Position numbers and translations under genes: made by a program | Part shown: piece after piece, positions 26,470 through 36,374 of the stretch | Layout: every line of letters starts with the position of its first letter | Numbering within the stretch: position 1 is the stretch's first letter | Source of the DNA: Candidatus Micrarchaeia archaeon | GTDB taxonomy: Archaea; Micrarchaeota; Micrarchaeia; Norongarragalinales; UBA8480 | Length of the DNA: 64,000 bases | Assembly (NCBI GenBank): GCA_039794045.1 | Contig: JBAMLY010000001.1 | Span: 1-64,000 of the forward strand | Direction: 5' to 3' | Notes under the pieces: model-generated | The model's database searches: none | What the model saw: only the letters and a program-made list of their open reading frames with translations | Told to the model about the DNA's origin: nothing

Positions 26470-27621
26470 AACGCTTTCGTAAACGCCTTCAAGCAAGTCA
26501 ACCGCCTTCGAAAGAGAATGTAGTCTGGCAGTAGCAACTGCTTGCTCCCTCATCTTCCTCGCTTGGCGAGAAGGCATTAAGAGAAGACGCGTTAGCTTGT
26601 CAGCGAAGTCTTTGGGGTTGTTTGGCTCGAACAAGAAGCCGTTGCAACCATCGCGCACTATCTCTGGAATTGCGTAAGCTCTTGCGCCGACGCAGGGCAC
26701 GCCGCAAGCCATTCCTTCTACGATCGACAAGCCATAAGTATCAAAAGTGCTTGGGCAAACGTTCACGTCCGCGACAGAGAAAAAGAAAGGCATTCGCGAG
26801 TGAGGAACCGCGCCTTTGAAGACGAACCTGTCATTCAAACCGTTTTCTGCCACGAGAACTTCCACGGTTGACTTGAAGGGGCCATCACCCACTATCAAGA
26901 ATTTAACCGAGGGCACTGAACGTATTACCTGCTTAGCTGAACGCACTATCAAGTCAACATGTTTTTCTTCTGTAACACGCCCCGCGAACAATACGACTTT
27001 GTCTCTTGCCCTGAAGCCAAGCGCCTTCCGTGCTTTAGCGTGGTCGTGCTTGCAGCGAAAACTCTTCAAGTCAATGCCGTTGGGCACCACGCGAAGCTTG
27101 TCCTCGTCCACGCCGTGCTCGGCAAGCATTTCAACTATCACTTTAGATGGCGCGGTGACCACGTCGAACGGCTTGTAAAAGTGTTTTATTGAATGCCACG
27201 CAATCCGCGAAATTATTTCTTGTCCGCGCTTGTTGTGAGTAATATAGTGCGTTCCCGCGGGAAGCAGGGTGTGAAAAGTTCCCACCAATGGAAGCCGCAA
27301 GTCGCGTGCCGTCTTTATCGCAGCAAAACCCATCGAAGCCATTGCATGGCAGTGAACCAAGTCAAAGCCGCGATCGCGCACTATTTTTTTTGCCGCGAAG
27401 GGATTGAAGGCTATCTTGTATTGAGGATAGGAAGGAAAAGAAAAACCTTCAAAAAAGTGGACGTGAGGGTCTTCGTTTAACCTCGCGGCTTCAGCACTGC
27501 CAGCCGCAAACACTTCTATTTCGTGCCCGCGCCTTTCCAGTTCGCGTCGGTAGTTTTGAATAGCTACCACGACGCCGTCCAAGTTAGGAAAATAAGTGTC
27601 AGTAAAAAAACTTATTCGCAT
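26449..27621 (-). CDS. GT4 family glycosyltransferase
   Basis: FTDTYFPNLDGV, TFHT, FAGRVTEEK, DTYGLSIVEGMACG. Confidence 0.92.
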   Translation of the reverse strand: MRISFFTDTYFPNLDGVVVAIQNYRRELERRGHEIEVFAAGSAEAARLNEDPHVHFFEGFSFPSYPQYKIAFNPFAAKKIVRDRGFDLVHCHAMASMGFAAIKTARDLRLPLVGTFHTLLPAGTHYITHNKRGQEIISRIAWHSIKHFYKPFDVVTAPSKVIVEMLAEHGVDEDKLRVVPNGIDLKSFRCKHDHAKARKALGFRARDKVVLFAGRVTEEKHVDLIVRSAKQVIRSVPSVKFLIVGDGPFKSTVEVLVAENGLNDRFVFKGAVPHSRMPFFFSVADVNVCPSTFDTYGLSIVEGMACGVPCVGARAYAIPEIVRDGCNGFLFEPNNPKDFADKLTRLLLMPSRQARKMREQAVATARLHSLSKAVDLLEGVYESVSRKKFF

Positions 27622-27638
27622 GCAATAACTACTATAAA

Positions 27639-29477
27639 CTACTTTATAATAAACAACGCAAGAAAAGCTAACGCGATAGATAAAAAGAAAATGGTGGGCG
27701 CCATTATCTTCAGCACTGCCACAACTGAGTTTATCGTGCTCAATAACTCGGAAGCGCGGTTGCTGCCCAACACATCTATTTCAATGCGCCGCGTCGCGAA
27801 AGAAGCCGAGCAATACTCGCAGTCGCGCAACGCTTCCTCAACTGCTTTCACGGTTCTCTCAACCAACTCAAAGCGGTTGGCACGCAAGCCCAGCGGATTG
27901 TGGACGCTGTAAAGATTGTTTACGGCGTGCGTGTCTGTCGTCATCACGTCAACGAAATCAAAGCCGAAACGCGAAAGAGAAGACAGAATTTCTTCCCTGA
28001 AAGACGGAAGGCAATTGTTCGCGTCAAAAAGGAGAATGCAAAAACGCTTTCCGCCAACCTCGAAAACTGCTACCTTTAAGCCCGCCCGTCCTATGCCTTG
28101 TTCTGGCTTGAAGTCAGACAACGAGTCGCAGGCTACGCCGAGCTTGAAAGCTTGCTGGCGTTGAACAGGCACTGGCTTCAACAAGTCTATGACGTCCTCG
28201 TAGTCGTAGAAAAGCCTGCTTCCCGCGTCGAGAACGCCTATTTGCGTCTTCGAGTTGTGGCGGTCTACCAGCACTGCTTCAGAAAAACCCCTAGCCAAAA
28301 CCCTGTTGGCGAGCGCCAATCCCACGGAAACATCAATATCCTCTGTTCCCTTGGGAGCACGCGAAAGCGTCAGGAAAGCATTGCTGCCAAAAGCCAGTCC
28401 CGCAACCCCGCAAGAGTCCTTGGAAGCGCGAAGAATCACGGCAGAAGAAGCGCCTTGCTTTGCGGAAGAAACCATGGACGCCACCTCGCGCGAGAGCCTT
28501 GAAGCGCTTGAAGAGTAAACGGGGTTGAAGTCATGGTAGGCAGTCCCGTGAAATACGAGGGAAGGAGCGCCAGTTCTTTCCTCTATTTCGCTTCCCAGCA
28601 AGGCAGGAAACTCGCTTCCTCCAAGGTTGCCAAAGGGCCCGAAGTGAATCATTGGAATGACAAAGGAAGCCTTGAGCCTTCCCTTCCTCGTCCTGAAAGC
28701 CACCACGCTAACTTGCGTGCGCACTCGCTCGCTCATTTCAGCCATTACTTCTTCCAGTCCTTTCGTTCCGCTGTGAAGCTGCGCGAAAAAAAGCGCGGTA
28801 GACTGCACTGCCGAAATCCCGAAGTTGCGTTTCGCTGGAGCGTTGATAAGGAAGAAAATGCTCCACAAAGCAAGCAGTATGACCGCGGCAGCCAAAGCCA
28901 TTCTAACGAAGACGAGCCAAGGCGAACCGAATTCTATCGCTGGAGCTATCCTGCCGTAGCCGCTCCAGATGACGAGGAAAGACAAGTTAAACAAAGGATG
29001 AAACGCTGAAACAAGGAAAGCCTTCACGCCGTAGTTCAACGCCAGAAAAGCCGCCACAAACCACGTTGCAAGCACTAAGGCGTTGGCAACCAACACGAAA
29101 GACTGCACCGCGAAAAAGCTTGGCGCGATTCCAGTCCAGGAAACAATGAAGCCAGCAAAAACAGTTAACCCGTAAATAAGCGAGGCAAGAAAGCCCACGA
29201 AAACAAAGCGCTTGAACCCCAACCTAAAGTTCTGGCGTGAAACAATTGAAGCCGCTAAAGCTGCTGAAGCAACGGCAGGCAAGGCGACCAGGATTATTCC
29301 TTCTGCGCCCCCCAAGAAGAACGCGTCTGCGGGCTTGTCCCACCCGTTACTGCAAACAAACCCGATTACGCCCGCCAAAAAAGAGTAGGCGAGCAAGTAA
29401 ACTATCGTCAAGCGATAAGAAGGAAGCGAGAAAGCAAACTCGGTTACCTTAACTGCTTTTTTCTTTAATTGGCTCAT
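27639..29477 (-). CDS. DUF2070 family membrane protein
   Basis: Multiple N-terminal TMs; IHFGPFGNLGGS, FHG...HDFNP, DRHN, FDANN, TTDTH. Confidence 0.85.
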   Translation of the reverse strand: MSQLKKKAVKVTEFAFSLPSYRLTIVYLLAYSFLAGVIGFVCSNGWDKPADAFFLGGAEGIILVALPAVASAALAASIVSRQNFRLGFKRFVFVGFLASLIYGLTVFAGFIVSWTGIAPSFFAVQSFVLVANALVLATWFVAAFLALNYGVKAFLVSAFHPLFNLSFLVIWSGYGRIAPAIEFGSPWLVFVRMALAAAVILLALWSIFFLINAPAKRNFGISAVQSTALFFAQLHSGTKGLEEVMAEMSERVRTQVSVVAFRTRKGRLKASFVIPMIHFGPFGNLGGSEFPALLGSEIEERTGAPSLVFHGTAYHDFNPVYSSSASRLSREVASMVSSAKQGASSAVILRASKDSCGVAGLAFGSNAFLTLSRAPKGTEDIDVSVGLALANRVLARGFSEAVLVDRHNSKTQIGVLDAGSRLFYDYEDVIDLLKPVPVQRQQAFKLGVACDSLSDFKPEQGIGRAGLKVAVFEVGGKRFCILLFDANNCLPSFREEILSSLSRFGFDFVDVMTTDTHAVNNLYSVHNPLGLRANRFELVERTVKAVEEALRDCEYCSASFATRRIEIDVLGSNRASELLSTINSVVAVLKIMAPTIFFLSIALAFLALFIIK

Positions 29478-29482
29478 TTGAT

Positions 29483-29704
29483 TCAACGAATTCTGTTGTT
29501 ACGCGCACCGCCTTTCCCGTTGTTGCCGCGCAAGGCAGAGTGAAGACGCGATGCATTCGCAAAGAATTCCTTGGCGACTTCCGAGAAACTGCAGCCGCGC
29601 AGTGCAGCGATCTTCATTAACTCCAAAGTAATAAAACGCAACTCAGAGTTTATTACCGCTTCCTCGGATTCCTGCCCGCCTTCAATTTCTTCCTCTCTCT
29701 TCAA
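29483..29704 (-). CDS. small hypothetical protein
   Basis: 73-aa ORF with GGTGAGG upstream, coupled to the DUF2070 gene. Confidence 0.55.
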   Translation of the reverse strand: MKREEEIEGGQESEEAVINSELRFITLELMKIAALRGCSFSEVAKEFFANASRLHSALRGNNGKGGARNNRIR

Positions 29705-29766
29705 AAGAATTACCTCACCAAAATTAAGGCGTGCTGATTAAAAAACCAAGCGCAGAAATTGTTTGA

Positions 29767-30444
29767 ATGAACGCAATTCAAGGCAAAATTTGCCCGCGCT
29801 GCGGTAAAACGGAAGGTCAAATAGAATTTGTTGGCGCGTTCTGCGTCCAGTGCTTAGCTGAAACGCGTTTTTCTTGCAGCACTCCTAGAAAAATAAGTCT
29901 AGAGTACTGCGCCTCGTGCGGGCGCGCGAGAATGGGAGACTGGAGTGCTGCCACCGACTACAACGTAACGCAGTGGCTGCTCGCGAAAAGCAAGGCAAAA
30001 GAAGTAAAGCCACTCAAAACCAGAATTCAGCGCTTTGAAGACCACTGGATTGCCTCACTCGTTTTCGTTCTTCAAGCAGGAGACAAGAAAATCGAGAGAG
30101 AGTGCAGCACGCGAATAAACCTCGTCAACACCCAGTGCCCCGAGTGCTCGCGCCGATCTGCTGGCTACTACGAAGCAGTAATTCAAGTCAGGCGCTCCTC
30201 GCCAGCCACGCCACAAGAAAAACTAGCACGCGCCGCGGAAAAGCTGAGGAGAAAACTCGAAAAAACTTCTTTCGTGAGCAGAGTAGAAGAAAAAAAAGAG
30301 GGAATCGATTTATACGTTGGCAGCGCCCCAGCCGCGAGAAGCGCGTTAGAAGAACTAAGCAAGGGCTTTGAAGCCAGCAAGACGCTTGCGGGAAGAAAGC
30401 AAGGAAGAGAAGTTTACCGCACTACCTTCTGCGTCAGAATTTGA
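29767..30444 (+). CDS. NMD3 family ribosome biogenesis protein (short form)
   Basis: CPRC..CVQC, CASC, CPECSRRSAGYYEAVIQVR, GIDLYVGS, YRTTFCVRI. Confidence 0.9.
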   Translation: MNAIQGKICPRCGKTEGQIEFVGAFCVQCLAETRFSCSTPRKISLEYCASCGRARMGDWSAATDYNVTQWLLAKSKAKEVKPLKTRIQRFEDHWIASLVFVLQAGDKKIERECSTRINLVNTQCPECSRRSAGYYEAVIQVRRSSPATPQEKLARAAEKLRRKLEKTSFVSRVEEKKEGIDLYVGSAPAARSALEELSKGFEASKTLAGRKQGREVYRTTFCVRI

Positions 30445-30457
30445 ATTACGTAAAGCT

Positions 30458-31141
30458 TCAAAACTGCTTCAACGCCTTGCGCGCTTCATCTAAAGGTATT
30501 TTCGTAGCAAGCAAGGGAATTCCCTCGCTTTCAGCGATTTTGATTGCGAGCTTGTCCACTATCTCTATACCATGAAGAATTACAAGGGAAGGCTTTATCG
30601 GAGAAACGCGCACAGCAACCAATGGACTCCTCCCCGTTTCCACGCGCGTGAACAAGAGCGCGCGCTGGGAAGTAGTAGAATATATTTTTACGAAGCTGTC
30701 GTAGGGAAGCTCAAGAATGACTTTCAAGCTGTCAAGTATTGTTGCGCCAAAGATGGTCAACTCATTCAAGCGCTCCCCACACGCAACGCACTTGGCGTCC
30801 AAGGCTTTTGCCAGTTCTAACCCAGAAATTCCTTTTTGGAAGTTGAATACCTCGAAGTACTCTTGCGGCGACTTCTCAGCTTCCTTCATTCGCTTGACGA
30901 ATTCCCCGCCGCGTTTCTCGTCCAACTCGAACAAAGCATTCACGAAACGGTTTATCACGCCGATACCTGGACTCTTGCGGCGGTTGCCTTCGTAGTCGCT
31001 TATAGTGGAAGGAGAAATTTTCAGGAACTCGCTTAACTCGGTTTGAGAAATGTTGAATACTTCACGCCACTTCTTCATTGCAGCGCCAGGATTAGGCGAA
31101 ACAGTTATCTCGCCGGCAATCCTTACTTTTAACTCTTCCAT
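30458..31141 (-). CDS. archaeal HTH transcriptional regulator (COG1709-like)
   Basis: IAGEITVSPNPG..MKKWRE.F, ISDYEGNRRKSPG, TGRSPLVAVRV. Confidence 0.88.
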   Translation of the reverse strand: MEELKVRIAGEITVSPNPGAAMKKWREVFNISQTELSEFLKISPSTISDYEGNRRKSPGIGVINRFVNALFELDEKRGGEFVKRMKEAEKSPQEYFEVFNFQKGISGLELAKALDAKCVACGERLNELTIFGATILDSLKVILELPYDSFVKIYSTTSQRALLFTRVETGRSPLVAVRVSPIKPSLVILHGIEIVDKLAIKIAESEGIPLLATKIPLDEARKALKQF

Positions 31142-31232
31142 CAAAATCAAATTTTGTTGCCTGAGATTTTATAATAATGTTTCGCCGACCGCCCAACAAT
31201 CATTTAAATAATTCTTGAAACAATTTATTTCA

Positions 31233-32075
31233 GTGGAAAGAGTAAGCATCACCATAGACAATAAGCTCCTCGCCTTCCTGGACGGAATGGTGGACGGCGA
31301 GCGCGTCAAAAGCCGTTCTCAAGCGGTAAGCCTATTGCTCAACAAAGCCATTGAGTCCACGAGGCCGCGAAAAGCAATGATTCTGGCGGGCGGCGGGAGA
31401 CACAAAACAATCGCGCCAGGCAACAACATTCCGCGCTCACTGCTTAAAGTAAATGGGAAGACCGTAATAGAGTTACTGCTTTCCCTGCTTAGAAAACAAG
31501 GCATTGAAGAAGCAGTGATACTCGTCGACAATGGTGGAGACAAAATAATAAGTAAGCTCAAGAACGGCGAAGAACTCGGAATGCGAATTCAATATGTTTG
31601 GGACTCTCAAGCGACGGGCAGCGCTGGGGCAATGATGCTAGCCAAGCAATACTTTCACGAGCCATTCATTCTCGCTTACTCTGACGTCATCTACGACGAC
31701 TTGAACTTGAATGACTTGATTGACTTCCACCGCTCCCACAACAGTGCCTGCACCATGGTTCTAGCAAGCGTGGACAACCCGCGAGGACTTGGAGTGGCGA
31801 GAATGACTGGAGCACGCATAATAAGCTTTACTGAAAAGCCATCCACAGCGAAAAGCCACTTGGTAAACGCTGGACTCTTCATGTGCGAGCCCGCCGTTCT
31901 CGCAGTAATTAAACAAATTCCCAGCAGCTTCGAGAAAGACGTGCTACCCAAAATAGCAGCGAAAGAAAAACTGTTCGGATACGTTTACTCTGGCGCCTGG
32001 TTTCACGTGCACTCTCAACAAGAAGCCGACCAGGCAAGCAAGTACTTCAGCAAACGCAACGCGCGAAAGCAATAA
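31233..32075 (+). CDS. ribbon-helix-helix domain fused to sugar-phosphate nucleotidyltransferase-like domain
   Basis: ERVSITID...SRSQAV (CopG/RHH), then ILAGG, TGSAGA, FTEKP, VNAG; start may be 31215. Confidence 0.82.
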   Translation: MERVSITIDNKLLAFLDGMVDGERVKSRSQAVSLLLNKAIESTRPRKAMILAGGGRHKTIAPGNNIPRSLLKVNGKTVIELLLSLLRKQGIEEAVILVDNGGDKIISKLKNGEELGMRIQYVWDSQATGSAGAMMLAKQYFHEPFILAYSDVIYDDLNLNDLIDFHRSHNSACTMVLASVDNPRGLGVARMTGARIISFTEKPSTAKSHLVNAGLFMCEPAVLAVIKQIPSSFEKDVLPKIAAKEKLFGYVYSGAWFHVHSQQEADQASKYFSKRNARKQ

Positions 32076-32105
32076 AAGCCCGCGCGAGACAGCAACTTTA
32101 AAGTG

Positions 32106-32687
32106 ATGCAAGAAATGATTGAAAAAATAGTCGAGTCATTCATAGTCTTTCTAGTAATAATGGATCCATTTTCCAGCCTGCCCGTCTTTCTTGCGCTGAC
32201 GAGGAAGTTCAAGCTGTCGGAACGAAAACGAGCGGCAGACAAAGCCGTGCTTGTGGCTGCGCTCCCCATAATTGTTTTTGCTTTAACTGGAACAACTATT
32301 CTTAGCCTCCTCGGCATCAGCTTGCCAGCATTCAGGATAGCTGGCGGAATAGTGCTTGCCCTGATGGGAATCCAGTTGGTGCTATCTATTTCCGTGCACC
32401 AAGAAAAAGTAAGGGACGGCAGCGCGGCAGGAGTAATAATAGGAGTGCCACTAATAACTGGCCCGGCAGTGATAACGAGCACCATAATCTTCTCGCAACA
32501 AGTTGGCGTGCTCGCCACCATCGCTGCGGCCGCACTAGCCCTCGCAGTAGTTTGGGGGGTCCTCCGCAGCGCAAACTTTTTCGCGCGACTGCTTGGAAGT
32601 CAGGGAATGCAGGTCTTAACGCGCATAATGGGTTTGCTGTTGACGGCGATAGCCGTTTCAATGATTCAAAAAGGAATAGTGGGCTGA
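32106..32687 (+). CDS. MarC family membrane protein
   Basis: IMDPFSSLPVF, FRIAGGIVL, PLITGPAVIT, TRIMGLLL. Confidence 0.92.
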   Translation: MQEMIEKIVESFIVFLVIMDPFSSLPVFLALTRKFKLSERKRAADKAVLVAALPIIVFALTGTTILSLLGISLPAFRIAGGIVLALMGIQLVLSISVHQEKVRDGSAAGVIIGVPLITGPAVITSTIIFSQQVGVLATIAAAALALAVVWGVLRSANFFARLLGSQGMQVLTRIMGLLLTAIAVSMIQKGIVG

Positions 32688-32692
32688 AGGGA

Positions 32693-33286
32693 ATGACGCT
32701 TTGCTGCACTCCACAAGTTTATTTCCCACGAGAAGACTCTGAACTCTTAGCGCGCGCCGCAGCCAACCACGCCTTCGGAAAAGTACTCGACATGGGGTGC
32801 GGCACCGGAATCGTGGGCATTAACGCGACGCGCAACCCCGCAGTAACCGAAATAGTTTTCGCTGACTGCAACCTAGAAGCAGTGAAATGCGCGAAAGAAA
32901 ATGCGAAAGCGAATGGCGTGAGGCGTGCGCGCTTTGTCAAAACAAACTTGTTCTCTGCACTAGAAAAAGAAGAGTTTGACTGTATTTGCTTCAACCCGCC
33001 TTACCTGCCAAGCGATCCTGAAGACTGCTCGCCCACAGAGCTGAAGCTAGCGTGGGACGGCGGAGCCGACGGCCGCAGCGTGATAGATCTTTTTCTTGCA
33101 CAGTTTCCAGAGCACCTGAAGGAAAACGGCGTGTTGTTGCTTGTTGACTGCTCCTTAAATGACTCGAAGAAAACAGAGCAAGCCCTATCACGGCAAGGCT
33201 TTGAATTCAGCGTGCTTGAAACTCAGTCCTTTTTTTTCGAGCGGTTGAGGGTATTAAAAGCAAGCAAAAAAACTCATTTACTTTGA
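32693..33286 (+). CDS. HemK2/Mtq2-type N5-glutamine methyltransferase
   Basis: VYFPREDSELL, LDMGCGTG, FNPPYLP, WDGGADGR. Confidence 0.92.
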   Translation: MTLCCTPQVYFPREDSELLARAAANHAFGKVLDMGCGTGIVGINATRNPAVTEIVFADCNLEAVKCAKENAKANGVRRARFVKTNLFSALEKEEFDCICFNPPYLPSDPEDCSPTELKLAWDGGADGRSVIDLFLAQFPEHLKENGVLLLVDCSLNDSKKTEQALSRQGFEFSVLETQSFFFERLRVLKASKKTHLL

Positions 33287-33311
33287 ACTCCTTTGGTTGT
33301 CTGGTGAGAAT

Positions 33312-34193
33312 TTGGCTTCCCTGAATGCTGGACCAGAGTATTACGCGGCTGAGGCGCGCTACCAACAAGCCAAGACTTACGAAGAGAAAATGGCGGCGCT
33401 CGAGGAAATGCTGCGGCACTGCCCAAAGCACAAGGGCAGCCAAAGCATCTTAAGCGAGATTCGCGACAAGATGGCGCGCTTGCGCAAAGAACGCGAAACC
33501 GAAGCAAAAAAGAAGGCAGCACGCAAGACTGGCGGAGAGTTCGTGCGCAAGCAAGGCGGCGCGCAAATAGTTTTGATTGGGTTTGCTAACGCAGGCAAGA
33601 CCGCCTTGTTCAACGTCTTGACTGGACTCAGCGCGCCCTCCACTCACACTCCCTTTGAAACAGTTAAGCCAGAACCAGGAATGATGAACTACAATAAAGT
33701 CCAAATACAAGTTATTGATACTCCAAGCATTACTGAGTCAGACAAAGCACGCATTTTCGCGTTGGCACGCAATGCTGATTTAGTAGTAGTAATAACCACT
33801 CCCGAGAAGGAAAGCGATGAAAAAACGTTCTGGGAACACAACTTGCCAATATTCTTGAAGGAAACACGCAAAATCGTGTTGCGCCAGCGCGTAGACTACG
33901 ACGCATGCGATCCTGAATCAGTAAATAACTTAAAAAAACGCCTCTACGACGCCCTCGAAATAATACGGGTTTTCACTAAAGCCCCAAGAGAAAAAGCAGA
34001 AACTGAGAAGCCAATAGTGCTCAAAAAAGGAGCCACTGTCGCTGACGCTGCAAAAGAAATACACAAGGACTTCGCGAGACAACTTGATTTTGCGCGAGTG
34101 TGGGGCTCAACGCGTTTTCCCGGGCAAAGAGTAAGCGCGGAGTACGTATTGCAAGACGGAGACGTTTTCGAGCTTCACTTGAAGCAATCCTAG
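33312..34193 (+). CDS. DRG/OBG-family GTPase with TGS domain (shortened, divergent)
   Basis: PEYYAAE, PKHKG, GFANAGKT, IDTP, IHKDF...FARVWGS...LQDGD. Confidence 0.85.
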   Translation: MASLNAGPEYYAAEARYQQAKTYEEKMAALEEMLRHCPKHKGSQSILSEIRDKMARLRKERETEAKKKAARKTGGEFVRKQGGAQIVLIGFANAGKTALFNVLTGLSAPSTHTPFETVKPEPGMMNYNKVQIQVIDTPSITESDKARIFALARNADLVVVITTPEKESDEKTFWEHNLPIFLKETRKIVLRQRVDYDACDPESVNNLKKRLYDALEIIRVFTKAPREKAETEKPIVLKKGATVADAAKEIHKDFARQLDFARVWGSTRFPGQRVSAEYVLQDGDVFELHLKQS

Positions 34194-34294
34194 TCACCAA
34201 ACAACGCCAAAGCAAAAAAAGCTATCAAGGCAAGCACTGCGAGAGCCATGGCAACGGAAACTATTTGGTATTGAGTTGAAATCCTCACATTCAT
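34190..34294 (-). CDS. 34-aa single-TM micropeptide
   Basis: MNVRISTQYQIVSVAMALAVLALIAFFALALFGD*; ATGA overlap with the upstream stop; below the ORF-track cutoff. Confidence 0.5.
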   Translation of the reverse strand: MNVRISTQYQIVSVAMALAVLALIAFFALALFGD

Positions 34295-35604
34295 CCCCAC
34301 AAGCTCTTCGGCTCAGCGGGCTCGTCTTCCCTCTCTGGCGCGGTCTCGGCTTTCTCTCTCTTTTTCAAGAAAAACAATAACGCCGCAAGCCCCACAACAA
34401 CTAAAGCAGGAAACATGAGCTGGGAGTAGTCAAACTCTTTTTCTGCTTTCTTTGAGGAAGCAGAAGCACAAGAAGAGTATTTCGCGTCAGCGGCGTCCAA
34501 CAGCTTCTGCAACACATTCATTGAAGAAATTGCTTGATCGTATTCAGCTGGCGTGGCCAGCGCGGAAAAAACAGGAGTGCCCGCCACGCCTTGCACTGAC
34601 TTCCACGAGTCCTCTATTTTCTTGACGTCAACGCCGCATTCAGAGTAAGCTTGCCTCAACTGGTAAGCGTTCAAAACTGGTTGAACGCGAGAACTTAGCA
34701 CCTCGAAAAAGCTTTTCGCGGCCTTCTGTTTTTCAATGACTTCCTTGCGGTAGAAAAAACTCTTGACGCTGTCGTTAACTAATTCATCTTCTCCATCGAA
34801 AAGCCGGTTGAAAGCCTGTGCTTTCAACGAAATTCGCGCCAGTTCCTGCGACAACGCATCAGGAACTTGAATCACTTGAAGATAGCTTGAAACTATTGCC
34901 CTCTTTGAAGCGTCAACAGACAAAACGGCTTCCAAGAGCGCTGACGCGTAAGCATCATTCGCGTCCCTGAGTTTAGCGAGCTCGATTAAAGTCTTGTTGT
35001 AGTTCGAAATCAACGAGTTAAGCGCTGAAAGAGACTTCTCTGACTCGAAAGCCTGCTGGGCTTGCGTGGCTTTCTCGATTTTTTCTTCGACTGCAGAATT
35101 CTTTGCCGACAAGGAGTCGAGAGCCTGCTGCACTTTAACCAAGTCAACAGAATAGTTTTCCTGTAAAGAGTACCCAACGAAAACCATGCTCGTCTTGCTG
35201 GAGGGATTGTTCAAGTTATCTATCACTGCCTTGTACTTGCCAAACCAAGCGGACAAGTCGCTCACTGAAAGAGAGTCTTTAGTAAAAGAATTCAAGCGCG
35301 ATTGCCTAAAGTCAAGCAAGTGAATTTTGTGAAGCAAGTCTTCGTCCGAAACGATTTCGCCTGCGTCAGCGCTTACCGCTACCACCAAATTTTTTATGTT
35401 TGGCTCGTTTTCCGGAGTGAAGTAAACTATCCAGTAATTGCTGCCGTCAACCGAAAACTTGGAATCTAGTATGCTGGCTTTCTCTCCACTCTTCAAGTAA
35501 AACTGCGCTTTTGACAATGCTGCTTCGCTTGAAATTATCGCGTGAGAAAACGAAGCCAGAAAAAGCAACGAGAAAACGCAGGCGAATAAGCGGCTTGAAA
35601 TCAT
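34291..35604 (-). CDS. secreted, C-terminally anchored helical surface protein
   Basis: Signal peptide (..LASFSHA), long helical body, C-terminal TM and charged tail. Confidence 0.7.
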   Translation of the reverse strand: MISSRLFACVFSLLFLASFSHAIISSEAALSKAQFYLKSGEKASILDSKFSVDGSNYWIVYFTPENEPNIKNLVVAVSADAGEIVSDEDLLHKIHLLDFRQSRLNSFTKDSLSVSDLSAWFGKYKAVIDNLNNPSSKTSMVFVGYSLQENYSVDLVKVQQALDSLSAKNSAVEEKIEKATQAQQAFESEKSLSALNSLISNYNKTLIELAKLRDANDAYASALLEAVLSVDASKRAIVSSYLQVIQVPDALSQELARISLKAQAFNRLFDGEDELVNDSVKSFFYRKEVIEKQKAAKSFFEVLSSRVQPVLNAYQLRQAYSECGVDVKKIEDSWKSVQGVAGTPVFSALATPAEYDQAISSMNVLQKLLDAADAKYSSCASASSKKAEKEFDYSQLMFPALVVVGLAALLFFLKKREKAETAPEREDEPAEPKSLWG

Positions 35605-35639
35605 AACAAATAATAAATCGCCGTCGTTTAAAAACAATA

Positions 35640-36374
35640 ATGAACGCCTTCAAGCCACCGCGAGTAATACTCGTCGAACCGCGATATCAAATAAATGTTG
35701 GCGCCGTGGCGCGCGCGTGCAAAAACTTTGGGTGCAGCGAGCTTTTCCTCGTGCGCCCAAAAACAAGGATTGGCTTCACCGCCCGCATCTTCGCAAAGCA
35801 CGCCGAAGAAGTGCTCGCGAAAGCAAAAACTTTCAACTCTATTTCTGAGGCGGCGCGCGGCTGCAGCATCGTAGTAGGAACCACTGGAGCAGCGCGCAGG
35901 TACAACGACAGACTAAAGAAAATCATTTCGCCACGCCATGCTGCAAGGCTATGCAAGGGAAGGAAGGCAGCGCTAGTGTTCGGCAGCGAAGCAACTGGCT
36001 TGAGCGCTGCAGACATTCAAGCCTGCGACTTGGTCGCCTCGATTCCAGCAAACCCGCAACACCCAATACTCAACTTGTCGCACGCCGCCGCAGTCATGCT
36101 TTACGAGTTCTGGCTAGCTCAACGCAGTCCCGCCCCGCAAGTAACGGAGGCCCCCGAAACCAAGAAGCGCCTCCTAGAAGAAAAGTTTGCAGCCGCCCTC
36201 TCGGCCGCGAACAAGACTAAGCAGACGGGCGCGAGAGTACGCGACAAAGAAAAAGTAGTACGCGCATTCAAGAACTTGTTGCATCGCTCGCGCGTGGAAG
36301 ACGACGAAGCGCAAGCGTTGCTGGCTGCACTCACGAAAATGGAGAAGTGTGGGAAAAAGCTCAGCACTTGCTGA
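35640..36374 (+). CDS. TrmJ/SpoU family RNA 2'-O-methyltransferase
   Basis: ILVEP...NVGAVARACKNFG, VFGSEATGLS, LNLSHAAAVMLYE. Confidence 0.92.
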   Translation: MNAFKPPRVILVEPRYQINVGAVARACKNFGCSELFLVRPKTRIGFTARIFAKHAEEVLAKAKTFNSISEAARGCSIVVGTTGAARRYNDRLKKIISPRHAARLCKGRKAALVFGSEATGLSAADIQACDLVASIPANPQHPILNLSHAAAVMLYEFWLAQRSPAPQVTEAPETKKRLLEEKFAAALSAANKTKQTGARVRDKEKVVRAFKNLLHRSRVEDDEAQALLAALTKMEKCGKKLSTC

